This document shows, piece by piece, positions 27,388 through 37,100 of a stretch of 64,000 nucleotides of DNA. Origin of the DNA: a virus (Duplodnaviria; Heunggongvirae; Uroviricota; Caudoviricetes); the IMG/VR virus record IMGVR_UViG_3300044620_000288, positions 1 to 64,000 of that record. The stretch is one strand, 5' to 3'. The translations under genes and the position numbers were made by a program. Each line of letters starts with the position of its first letter. Position 1 is the first letter of the stretch. The notes beneath the pieces are model-generated. The model made no database searches. It had not been told where the DNA came from and saw only the letters and a program-made list of their open reading frames with translations.

Positions 27388-28941
27388 ATGGCAATTCAAA
27401 CAATCCCAGGTCTAACTGGCTTCACGTATGCTCGTGTCGCATCAATGGACAAGCGTGCTGTGGGTAAGCTAACTGACGCTAACCACCTGGAGAGCTTTCA
27501 CTCAACCGAGCCTGCTGATTACGATAAGAAAATCATCAGCCTCTACACACAGAGCTCTCTTTACAGCAATGACTTCCTTGACATGATCAACAAAAGCACG
27601 CCTTATTACATTGATAATAATAGCGATGCTTGGAAATGGCAAGTAGCTGTTCCCTACAAATTCCCTAAGATTATCGACATCCCTGCTTCTACAGCTGAGC
27701 TGAGCAAGCCTGGTATCGATGGTCAAGAGTTCCAATTGGTAATTGACACAAACGAGTTCTCTAAGAACGCAATCGTTTCTGTTGGTACTCGTCAATATGG
27801 TCCTCGTTTTTACGTTATTAAGGATCCAGTTCCTTGGAACATGGGCTTCCTTTACAGCTTCACACTTGTTACAGACAATCCAACTGTAGACTTCGTAAGC
27901 CCAACCTTCTTACAGGTAGGTATCGAACTTGAGTTGGTTGATGCTGCAATTGGTGAATTCGATCAAGACTTATTGGGTCTTCCTCGTTTGGGTGAGCAAA
28001 TCACTATGTTTGAATCTTTAGGTTCTGCATATGGTTTCGAGCACAAAATCACTGAGTGGGCTGATGACAAAATGATGCGTGACTCTGCAGGTCGTCCTTT
28101 AGACATCCTTGTATATGCACCTCAGCGTCGTAACCAACTTCCTTTAACTCGTAACGATGTTAAATGGGAGCCATTTATTGAGTTCTGGATGCGTAAGTCT
28201 ATGCTTGAATTAAAAGTTAAGCGTATGATTTGGTCTCGTCCTGGTACTGTTAAGACTAACGGTAGCAAGCAAGAACTTAAGCGTACATCTGCTGGTGTTT
28301 ATCACAGAATGCGTAACAACGGTAACTTAGTTCAATACAACCGTGGAGAATTCACTGCAAACTTGATTCGTTCTGTGTTTGGTGATTTATTCTACAGACG
28401 TGTGGATGTTAAAGACCGTCGTGTTAAAATGTACACTAATGAGGCTGGATTTGACGTATTCCAACAAGCTTTAAAGACAGACGCTTTAAACAGTGGCTTG
28501 ACTTTCATGGCTGATTCTGGAAACCGTTACATGCAGGGTGAAGGCCAGCATATCACTTACAACTTTGCATTCGATGCAATGGTTACTCGTGAAACTGGTC
28601 GTGTTGAGTTAATTCACTTGAAAGAACTTGACCTTCCTCAAACTAACCTTGAATTTGGTCAGAACAAGAAGAGCACACCTGTATTCATGGTGTTCGACGT
28701 ATCTCCTATGTCTGATGGTTCATTGGTTAACAACATCCGTGAAGTACGTATGAAGGGTGCACCTTCTATGACTTGGGGTTATATCGATGGAACTCGCCAC
28801 CACTTAGGCTTTGCTAAGTCTCAGGGTATGAGCTCTGCGAACAAATTCCCAGGATACGAAATCTGGATGAAAGACCGTTGTGATGTATTCATTGAAGACT
28901 TGTCTCGTACAGTTCTTATTGAAGAAATCCCACAATTCTAA
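27388..28941 (+). CDS. putative major capsid protein (517 aa)
   Basis: Position after the scaffold-like gene, highly-expressed codon usage, followed by a GC-rich hairpin cluster; no direct motif evidence. Confidence 0.5.
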   Translation: MAIQTIPGLTGFTYARVASMDKRAVGKLTDANHLESFHSTEPADYDKKIISLYTQSSLYSNDFLDMINKSTPYYIDNNSDAWKWQVAVPYKFPKIIDIPASTAELSKPGIDGQEFQLVIDTNEFSKNAIVSVGTRQYGPRFYVIKDPVPWNMGFLYSFTLVTDNPTVDFVSPTFLQVGIELELVDAAIGEFDQDLLGLPRLGEQITMFESLGSAYGFEHKITEWADDKMMRDSAGRPLDILVYAPQRRNQLPLTRNDVKWEPFIEFWMRKSMLELKVKRMIWSRPGTVKTNGSKQELKRTSAGVYHRMRNNGNLVQYNRGEFTANLIRSVFGDLFYRRVDVKDRRVKMYTNEAGFDVFQQALKTDALNSGLTFMADSGNRYMQGEGQHITYNFAFDAMVTRETGRVELIHLKELDLPQTNLEFGQNKKSTPVFMVFDVSPMSDGSLVNNIREVRMKGAPSMTWGYIDGTRHHLGFAKSQGMSSANKFPGYEIWMKDRCDVFIEDLSRTVLIEEIPQF

Positions 28942-28993
28942 GGAACCATTCTAAGGATAAAATCCTTAGACCCCTTATATCGAGAAGAGATTG

Positions 28994-29015
28994 CCCCCCA
29001 CATCCCCGTGGGGGA
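28994..29015 (+). terminator. GC hairpin CCCCCAC / GTGGGGG (6-nt loop)
   Basis: Perfect 7-bp stem at 28995-29001 / 29008-29014, directly after the capsid-like gene; downstream U-tract is weak. Confidence 0.4.
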
Positions 29016-29029
29016 GCTCTTCTCACTTA

Positions 29030-29086
29030 CAGAGTGGTTGGACTGGGGTGTCTCCCAATCGCTATCCCTTCGGTGGGAATCACTCT
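29030..29086 (+). other. structured GC-rich element closed by AGAGTG/CACTCT outer stem
   Basis: Outer 6-bp inverted repeat 29030-29035 / 29081-29086 enclosing G/C-rich internal hairpins including a 'CCCTTCGGTGGG' UUCG-type loop. Confidence 0.3.
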
Positions 29087-29116
29087 GCAAAATAAACCAA
29101 ATAAAATAAACTACAT

Positions 29117-30085
29117 ATGGGTAAGTTAGGTAAAATCTCAACTATTAAGAAGGAGTATAATAACTCACAACTTCAAACAATGCAAGGCGGTCTTTCACTT
29201 AAAGGCCTAACACGTATTCCTGGTACAGGGGTATTTAAGTATCCTTACAAGGAATTGGATGGACAGTACAGAACAGGACTTGATCCTAATGCTAGTTACA
29301 TCCGCAGAATCTCTGATCCTCTTGAGAAAGAACTAGAGACTGAGCGTGTTACAGTTCTTAGAGACAAATTACAATCTGCATTGGGAGATGTTGACTTAGG
29401 TCCTCGTTCTAGTTTCTGGAACTATGGATTGTCTACATCAACAAGTGATACGCTGCATGTTCAGCCTGTAAAACTTCTAGATAGTGATAACTTCTTTGAT
29501 CTTAACATTCCTTTTCAGGAATTAGCGTTTTCATGGCTCCGTGTTCATCCTACAATTGCAAGCTCATATCAAGCTTGGGAGCGTGGTGAATATCCTGCTG
29601 AAACTCAGTTCTACGTAGCTGATGATGAAATCGAGAATGCTGTTCTCTTCAAGAAGAAGCAAATGATTAACAAAGCTATTGTTAAGTTTGACAGCATGAC
29701 TCCTGAAAGAAAAAGAAAAGTGGCACGTTTGTTGGGACTACCTGTAACTGATGATACTAAAGAGGAAGCAGTTTACAATCTTGTAGACAATGTTCTCAAA
29801 CAAACCGAATTTAAAAACGGTAAGTATCAAGGGTTAAATCCTGTTGAAGTGTTCACTCGCTTCGCAGACATGAAGGATAACTTACTCCATATCAAAGACT
29901 TAGTGAAACAATCTCTTCTTCACTCAATATATAGATCTAAACCTAACGGTAAAATTTATGAAGGTGAGTTTGAAATAGCTAAGGATGAAGATGATTTAAT
30001 TAAATTGCTTGTTGATGATGATAATCAAGACTTGCTCTTGACTCTCGAAGCTAAGCTAAAAACTAAGAAATTGGCTGCAGTATGA
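29117..30085 (+). CDS. hypothetical virion protein (322 aa)
   Basis: ORF in the morphogenesis operon. Confidence 0.5.
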   Translation: MGKLGKISTIKKEYNNSQLQTMQGGLSLKGLTRIPGTGVFKYPYKELDGQYRTGLDPNASYIRRISDPLEKELETERVTVLRDKLQSALGDVDLGPRSSFWNYGLSTSTSDTLHVQPVKLLDSDNFFDLNIPFQELAFSWLRVHPTIASSYQAWERGEYPAETQFYVADDEIENAVLFKKKQMINKAIVKFDSMTPERKRKVARLLGLPVTDDTKEEAVYNLVDNVLKQTEFKNGKYQGLNPVEVFTRFADMKDNLLHIKDLVKQSLLHSIYRSKPNGKIYEGEFEIAKDEDDLIKLLVDDDNQDLLLTLEAKLKTKKLAAV

Positions 30086-30813
30086 TACCAGTAGATAGTT
30101 TATTATATAAGATAGACCAAAAACTAAATAAACTATCAACTAATATACACCAGCAAATTAACTTGGAAGATAAAATTCTGGCTCTCAATGAGGCCCAGAT
30201 TAAGCTGATAAAACAAAAGGTTGATGGTTTTAGTGTGGTAAGTGGAATGGGACTCGATGCTTTTAAAAAGCGTTATGAGGACCTCCAAAGCTTGGTCATA
30301 ACATATAACCATCAACCTCTTGACCTCACTATTAAGAACGCTGAACTAAATCAATGGTTTGCTGATCTACACCTGCTTGTTCCTAAGTACATGTTCTATT
30401 TAGATGCATATGTACTGGCTGACAAAGGGGTGTGTAAGGATAGAAAGATCTGGATTAACAGAGACTTAGCCAAACATGGTGACCTTCAGTTCATTCTGAA
30501 CAATACACATTATAGGCCGTCTTTTGAATATCAAGAGACTTTCAACTTCCTCTCGACAGACGAAATATCCATCTTCACAGATGGTACGTTCACTCCGAGT
30601 AAGATATATATGTCTTACATGCGCTATCCTGTATACATTAACAAACAAGGATATATCATGTTAGATGGCCAACCATCAGTTGACCAAGACTGCGAACTTG
30701 AACTCTATCTAGAGGATGAGTTGTTAGACTTAACAGTACAAAACCTAGCAATGTACACAGAGAACGCTGCTGCTGTTCAAAGTGCACAGTTCAGGATACA
30801 GACAAACGAATAA
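30082..30813 (+). CDS. hypothetical virion protein (243 aa)
   Basis: ORF with 4-nt overlap. Confidence 0.5.
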   Translation: MIPVDSLLYKIDQKLNKLSTNIHQQINLEDKILALNEAQIKLIKQKVDGFSVVSGMGLDAFKKRYEDLQSLVITYNHQPLDLTIKNAELNQWFADLHLLVPKYMFYLDAYVLADKGVCKDRKIWINRDLAKHGDLQFILNNTHYRPSFEYQETFNFLSTDEISIFTDGTFTPSKIYMSYMRYPVYINKQGYIMLDGQPSVDQDCELELYLEDELLDLTVQNLAMYTENAAAVQSAQFRIQTNE

Positions 30814-30841
30814 ATTTTTCAATCACCTAAAATAAAGCAAA

Positions 30842-32014
30842 ATGGCTGATTTTTCATTAACTACGCTTTTCGTAGTTCCAGTAGGGCAAACTGCGCTCCC
30901 TAGTTCTGGATCTACGCAAAACTTGACAGCTGGACAGTTTGGTATTTTTAAATCCGACTACACTCTAGCTACAGCTGCAAACATTGCAGCGTCTCCCTAT
31001 TTTTACATTGCGCAGGGCCGTACAAACACTTATCTGCAAGGCTCTAAGCGTTCAGATAAAATTAAAGGCTGTCCTTCAGGATCTGGTTGTAACAGCAATG
31101 TAACTGAGTGGTACAAAGTGGACGGTTGTCCTACTCCTCTCACTCAAATTACAGACGTTGTTAACTGGAACGCACAGTGTGGTGACATTATCACTGTAAC
31201 ACTTCGTGCTCACTCTAGCTACCTTGACACATTGTACTTCAACGGTTTTACTCGTTCAGTAACTGTAAACGCACCTTGTTGTGATTGCGGTGGTGATCCT
31301 TGTACTAGCGTTAATGTACCTGCTTTGATCGATGATGTGATTTATCACTTCAATCTTCAAGCTCCTGGTAACAACCCTGACAACATCACTTTCTCTGACT
31401 TCTATCAGTTCCAGAGAATTGGTAACGACCAAAACGCTTTCTTGCGTATCACTGGTAAGCCTCTTACCAAATATGGTCAGCCTTGTGATGTGGCAGCATT
31501 TCCTTTCGAGTATGACAGAATGTGGTTCCGTACATTCGTATTTAGCGGACCTGCAACCACAGCTGACTTCATTGTAGCTGATCCTTGTAACACTGTTGCT
31601 GATCCTGTTGTAGTACAGCGTTCTTCTTACGCTTCTGGTACTTCTGCAGAGATTGCACAATTAGAGAAAAACTTCTACAGCTACCAAGCTGGTTACTTGA
31701 AGCATCTCTACAGGATGAACGGTTACAATGAGAACTTTGAAAGCTGGGTGAGTGATGGTACTACATATACCACTTACTACATCAAGTTTAATGAGTTCGA
31801 CAAGTCTGCTTATCAGTGGGGCGATTATATCTATGAAGACAGCACTGTAATCATTGCTCTTCAAAAGGATAGCGCTATGGAAACCGCTGTAGAAGCAGTT
31901 CTTGTGGCAGGTCTTGGTGCAGTTGTTGCTCAGAATGGTGCGTGTGTAACGACCACTTCTACTACAACCACTGTATGGCCTTCTACTACTACAACATCAA
32001 CCTTGATTCCGTAA
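30842..32014 (+). CDS. Cys-rich structural protein with C-terminal poly-Thr tail (390 aa)
   Basis: Highly-expressed codon usage; ends 'TTTSTTTTVWPSTTTTSTLIP'. Confidence 0.55.
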   Translation: MADFSLTTLFVVPVGQTALPSSGSTQNLTAGQFGIFKSDYTLATAANIAASPYFYIAQGRTNTYLQGSKRSDKIKGCPSGSGCNSNVTEWYKVDGCPTPLTQITDVVNWNAQCGDIITVTLRAHSSYLDTLYFNGFTRSVTVNAPCCDCGGDPCTSVNVPALIDDVIYHFNLQAPGNNPDNITFSDFYQFQRIGNDQNAFLRITGKPLTKYGQPCDVAAFPFEYDRMWFRTFVFSGPATTADFIVADPCNTVADPVVVQRSSYASGTSAEIAQLEKNFYSYQAGYLKHLYRMNGYNENFESWVSDGTTYTTYYIKFNEFDKSAYQWGDYIYEDSTVIIALQKDSAMETAVEAVLVAGLGAVVAQNGACVTTTSTTTTVWPSTTTTSTLIP

Positions 32015-32046
32015 TAGTAGGCAAGTAACATAGATTATATAACCTA

Positions 32047-32092
32047 AGCCAGAGGTGAGAGGATACTACTCAATCCTCTGGCTTATTTATTT
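32047..32092 (+). terminator. rho-independent terminator
   Basis: Perfect 10-bp inverted repeat AAGCCAGAGG / CCTCTGGCTT (19-nt loop) followed by ATTTATTT. Confidence 0.6.
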
Positions 32093-32100
32093 AAAGCAAC

Positions 32101-32664
32101 ATGGCAGATTTAAAACTAGACATATTAGTAATTCCTACGTACAATGTAGAAACACTTGGAGTTGCTGATGCATCTGTATATCCAACTAATCCACCTGTTG
32201 TTTCTGGTGCTACAATTGAAATTACTGTTCCTGGATTTGGAACATTTATTAAACCATTCAGCGTTAACGACTTTAACATATTTACAACATCAAACTTAGG
32301 TATAACCCCACCAGGTATAGATCAACCTCTACCTGATGGGGTTTATCGTTTAAAATACTCTGTAGCTCCTGCATACTTGAACTTCGTAGAGAAGTCAATT
32401 GTGCGTGTTGAACAGTTACAGGAGAAGTTTGATGGCGCGTTTATGAAGCTTGATATGATGGAATGTGATAGAGCTATTAAGACACAAGCAAAGGTGGACT
32501 TAAACTCTATATACTTCTTCATGCAGGGGTCTATTGCCGCTGCTAACAATTGTGCTGAGATTGAAGCAACAAGATTATACACCCAGGCAGACATGATGCT
32601 GAACAATTTTATAAAGAACAATTGTGGATGCTCTGGAACCAACTACGTAATAAATTTCTACTAA
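32101..32664 (+). CDS. hypothetical virion protein (187 aa)
   Basis: ORF. Confidence 0.5.
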   Translation: MADLKLDILVIPTYNVETLGVADASVYPTNPPVVSGATIEITVPGFGTFIKPFSVNDFNIFTTSNLGITPPGIDQPLPDGVYRLKYSVAPAYLNFVEKSIVRVEQLQEKFDGAFMKLDMMECDRAIKTQAKVDLNSIYFFMQGSIAAANNCAEIEATRLYTQADMMLNNFIKNNCGCSGTNYVINFY

Positions 32665-32665
32665 T

Positions 32666-32818
32666 ATGGCTATGTGTAAAAAATGTGGAGCTAAGGTTGG
32701 ATGTGGATGTCAATTGATTAACGGTCTTTGTGCAGCATGTAATGGTGCTGTAAAACAAGGAAGAAAACTTATAGGAAATGTTATCACCCAGGCTCACAAA
32801 TTGTCCAGAGTGCGCTAG
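32666..32818 (+). CDS. small Cys-rich peptide (50 aa) - tentative
   Basis: Manual ORF 'MAMCKKCGAKVGCGCQLINGLCAACNGAVKQG...' with four CxxC/CGC pairs. Confidence 0.25.
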   Translation: MAMCKKCGAKVGCGCQLINGLCAACNGAVKQGRKLIGNVITQAHKLSRVR

Positions 32819-33044
32819 TATACCAGTATTAATTGCTGATATAGATTGTAAACTAGCTTCTCTTGCAAACAATTTGTATAATAATGTTGTGTTTATGTTG
32901 AACCAGCCTGTGCCTGGAGGGGTGATGCTGGACCTCATAAACTACAGAAGAATACTTGCATACAAGTATTGTAACCCCGATTATGCTGCTCCATTCACAG
33001 TGAATATGATTGCGAGTAGAGTAAAACTTTTAAAATATAAATAA
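32778..33044 (+). CDS. small Cys-containing protein (88 aa) - tentative
   Basis: Track ORF; 'CPEC...C' motif; overlaps the previous small ORF in another frame. Confidence 0.3.
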   Translation: MLSPRLTNCPECASIPVLIADIDCKLASLANNLYNNVVFMLNQPVPGGVMLDLINYRRILAYKYCNPDYAAPFTVNMIASRVKLLKYK

Positions 33045-34148
33045 ATGTCTAACATTTGTTCAAATTGCTATAATGGTTGTGTAGAAACAATATCTGATCA
33101 ATGTGTAAGATATACAGGTGTAGATGTTCCTGTTTTGGGAATCCAAACAGGAGACTCTCTTTCGTATGTTGAACAAGCGTTGATTACATTTCTCACATCC
33201 ACTCTTGATGGAAATGGTATAGTGTTAACTATCGATCCTCAAGTCATTTGTCAGATTGTAAATAAGAATCTCGTAGCGTGTGAAGGTCTTGATCTTCCAA
33301 ATGTTGTTACTGCGATTATCAAAGCTGTTTGTGAGCTTGATACCAGACTAACCACTTTAGAAGGAAGGTTTAATACATTAGAAGGACCTTATACAATAGG
33401 TTGTCTTACTGGTGTAACATCAACCTCTGGAACACATGCAATTCTGCAAGCTGTTATTACAAAGCTTTGTGCTGTAGAGGTTACTCTAAATGCTCTTGCT
33501 CTTAACGTAAGTACAAACTATGTTAAGCTTTCTGATCTTAACTCTCTGATTGCAGCCTATATAGCTAGCGCTGGAACTAGTACTAAGTTTTTCAACCGTA
33601 TGGTTCCTTATGCTGTTGTAGAATACTACGGTAGTCTCACAGGTAAGTTTGATGGTACAGGTGCTGGTATTGCTGGAACTGATTGGGAGAAAATCTACCT
33701 CTGTAATGGTAACAATGGCACTCCTGATAAAAGAGGACGTGTACCAGTTGGTGCTACAACAGGTATGGGTGGAGGAGCTTTCAATCCTGCAGTGGATCCT
33801 GGTGTAGCTGGTAATCCTGCTTATGCCTTATTAGGAACTGCTGGTTCTAACACGGTAACTCTTTCAGCTACAGAAATCCCTGCTCACTCTCACTCAGCTA
33901 CAGCCACTGTATCTGATCCTGGACACTTGCATACAATTGCATATGCCCATGGACAAGCTGATCAGAATGAGCCTGGTGCATATGGTGATCTTATGGATAT
34001 GAATGGTACAAAGAGCTCGTCTACTAGCACGAACACAGCAGTTACAGGAGTTTCTGTAGCAGTCAGTGTTGGTTCTACAGGAGGCGGATTAGCCCATAAT
34101 AACTACCAGCCTGGTCTGGGATGTTACTACATTATGTACATTCCTTAA
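33045..34148 (+). CDS. tail fibre protein with phage tail-collar domain
   Basis: C-terminal 'GTPDKRGRVPVGATTGMGGGAF...YALLGTAGSNTVTLSATEIPAHSHSATATVSDPGHLHT' matches the tail-collar signature (RGR.P.G...G...G...TLT..E.P.H.H). Confidence 0.7.
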   Translation: MSNICSNCYNGCVETISDQCVRYTGVDVPVLGIQTGDSLSYVEQALITFLTSTLDGNGIVLTIDPQVICQIVNKNLVACEGLDLPNVVTAIIKAVCELDTRLTTLEGRFNTLEGPYTIGCLTGVTSTSGTHAILQAVITKLCAVEVTLNALALNVSTNYVKLSDLNSLIAAYIASAGTSTKFFNRMVPYAVVEYYGSLTGKFDGTGAGIAGTDWEKIYLCNGNNGTPDKRGRVPVGATTGMGGGAFNPAVDPGVAGNPAYALLGTAGSNTVTLSATEIPAHSHSATATVSDPGHLHTIAYAHGQADQNEPGAYGDLMDMNGTKSSSTSTNTAVTGVSVAVSVGSTGGGLAHNNYQPGLGCYYIMYIP

Positions 34149-34160
34149 TGTAAAGAATAG

Positions 34161-37100
34161 ATGTCTAAACAAAACTGTGATCCTTGTAACCCTGAACTAA
34201 CTAGTTCTAACAACGTAAAGTATGATGGACCTAATCTCCCATGTACAGCTGTACATACGTGTGACTCGCTCACTGTAGCTCTACAAAAGATAGACGAGAG
34301 AGTTTGTAAACTAGGAGGTAGTTCTGGCACAAGTGGTACTAGTGGAACTTCTGGAACCAGTGGTACATCTGGTATAAATGGAACATCAGGCTCGTCTGGA
34401 AGCAGCGGGTCTAGTGGTTCTAGTAGTACGTCAGGTACTTCTGGAACTACTGGTACGTCTGGTAGTTCAGGAACCAGGGGGACTAGTGGTAGCTCAGGTT
34501 CTTCAGGGAGCTCTGGAACTACTGGTACAGGAGGATCATCTGGAAGTAGTGGTACGTCTGCTACTTCTGGCACATCAGGTACAAGTGCAACAAGCGGCAG
34601 TAGTGGAACTACAGGCACAAGCGGTACTAGTGGTAGTACAGGTACCTCAGGGACCAGTGGGACATCTGGTACATCTGCTACTTCTGGTAGCAGTGGTACA
34701 ACTGGTACAAGTGGAATAAATGGTACATCTGGTAGCTCTGGAAGCAGCGGAAGCAGTGGAACGAGTGGAACGAGTGCAACAAGTGGAAGCAGTGGTACGA
34801 CAGGTACTTCTGGTACTTCTGGTATTGAAGGTACATCTGGTACGAGTGGGACAACAGGAACAAGTGGTACAACAGGTACAAGTGGTACTAGCGGTACTAG
34901 CTCCACCTCAGGCACTAGTGGGACATCAGCAACTAGTGGCTCATCTGGAACTTCTGGAACAAGTGCCACTGATGGAACAGGTGGTACATCTGGATCAAGT
35001 GGTTCATCAGGAACTTCAGGTACAGATGGAACTTCTGGTACGAGTGGCACTAGTGGCAGTACAGGCACTAGTGGTAGCAGTGGTAGCAGTGGTACATCTT
35101 CTACGAGTGGAACTTCTGGTACAACTGGCACCAGTGGAAGTAGTGGTACCTCAGGAACATCTGCTACGTCTGGTACATCTGGACTTAGTGGCGATAGATA
35201 TGCTACAACTTCTTCTTCAACTTATACATTACAAGCTCCTGGTGGAACAGGTACAATCACTGTAGGTACAGGATTGTCTTATTCCCTAGGACAGTCTATT
35301 ATTATAACATATTCCCTAGATGCCTTTAAACATAACGAGGCAATCATTACAGCTTACAACCCTGGCACAGGTAGTTTAAGCTTCCAGGTAACAGGACAAA
35401 CTGGTACAGGCACTTATTCATCTTGGGAAGTGAATCTTGACGGTGCTACGGGAGGAGATGGATCACACGGTACATCAGGAACTACGGGCACCAGTGGAAC
35501 ATCAGGCACAAGTGGCACTAGCGCTACAAGTGGATCGTCTGGCTCATCTGGAACTACAGGAACCAGTGGTAGCTCAGGAACATCTGGAACAACAGGTATA
35601 GATGGTACTTCTGGTACATCAGGAATTGATGGTACGAGTGGAAGTAGTGGTACAAGCGCAACCAGTGGCACAAGTGGCACAACAGGAACTAGTGGAACTA
35701 CAGGAACATCTGGATCTTCTGGAAGTTCTGGTTCTTCAGGAACTAGTGGAAGTAGCGGATCAAGTGGATCAAGCGGCACAAGTGCTGTTAATGGCACTAG
35801 TGGCAGTAGTGGATCTAGTGGAAGCAGTGGAACTAATGGAACAGGAGGCACCTCTGGTACTTCTGGTAGTTCGGGATCTAGTGGTTCCTCTGGAACAGCT
35901 GGAACGAGTGGTATAAACGGTACGTCTGGTACCACAGGCACTTCTGGTAGTTCTGGTACTTCTGGCACAAGTGCTACTAGCGGTAGTTCAGGAACTACAG
36001 GAACGTCTGGTACAACTGGTTCATCAGGTACTAGTGGAAGCTCTGGAACATCAGGAACCAGTGCTACAAGTGGTTCATCAGGTACAACAGGAACAAGTGG
36101 AACATCTGCTACTTCAGGAACCAGTGGTTCAAGCGGTACGTCTGTATCTGTATCTGGAACAACAAACTATGTTGTTAAGTTTACTTCAGCAAGTACAATA
36201 GGTAATAGTCAGATCTTTGATAATGGTACTCAACTTGCAATAAATACTGCAAGTCCAAGTGGTTTTGGTACGCAAAGGTTTTTAGTAGTAGGTTCAGCTG
36301 CATCACAAATTGCAAGATTTACTGATGGAGCAAATGGAGATTTAGTATTTGACTTCCCTTCTACAACTATATCAAGAATTACTGCACAATATGGAACGGG
36401 TGGTGTTTTAGTATTTGCCAATGGTACAGGGTTTACCGAGCGTATGCGTCTTGACGCTTCAGGCAATTTAGGATTAGGAGTTACACCGAGTGCGTGGAGT
36501 AGTAGTTGGAAAGCATTTGAATTTGCCGCAGCTGCTATTGCGTGGACAGGTGCCGGAGCAAATGATTTTAGTTTTAGCACTAATTCATTTTTTGATTCAA
36601 CGGACTCAAGATGGGAGTATAAAAGCACAGGAGATGGTGCAGCAAGATATTCAATGACGGCTCTTACAGGTCAGCATCGTTGGTTTACTGCTCCTATTGG
36701 AACGGCAGGTGCAGCTATATCTTTTACTCAAGTAATGACTTTGAATACGTCAGGTAATTTGTCTATTGGAAACACTAATGATACATATAAACTTGATGTA
36801 ACAGGTCAAATAAGAGTAAACGGAAGTACAAATGAACAATTAATCGTTGATTATACAATTGTAAGTGGTGGTTTTACTTGGCAATCATTTAGATTAAACG
36901 GAACTAATAGATATAGGATATTTGGTAACACTGATAATAGTTTTACTTTATGGAGTGATGTTTTATCTTCAAATGTATTATCAATAGCCTCTACAGGAGC
37001 AGCTACATTCTCAAGTAGTGTAACGGCAAATTACGGAGGTACTTTTATTATTCCGAGTGAAAGTCCTGCAAGTGGTAATGTGGCTTTAATTGCAAAAACA

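Noticed and set aside
28938-29141. Minus-strand 67-aa ORF across the capsid-gene downstream region
   Set aside because: Lies entirely in a GC-rich hairpin/terminator region between two plus-strand genes; no operon context on the minus strand.
32666-33044. Programmed frameshift joining the two overlapping small Cys-rich ORFs
   Set aside because: The downstream frame is closed by a TAG just upstream of its ATG, and the required shift would be +1 without an obvious slippery site. More likely these are two independent small genes or one is spurious.
34145-35968. Long minus-strand ORFs 34145-35131 ('PVVPEVPLV...') and 35414-35968, and plus-strand off-frame ORFs 34378-34719, 34720-35265, 35602-35916, 35971-36201
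   Set aside because: They are mirror or off-frame readings of the 9-nt-periodic collagen-like repeats of the tail-fibre gene. The products are low-complexity and fully embedded in a strongly supported sense ORF.
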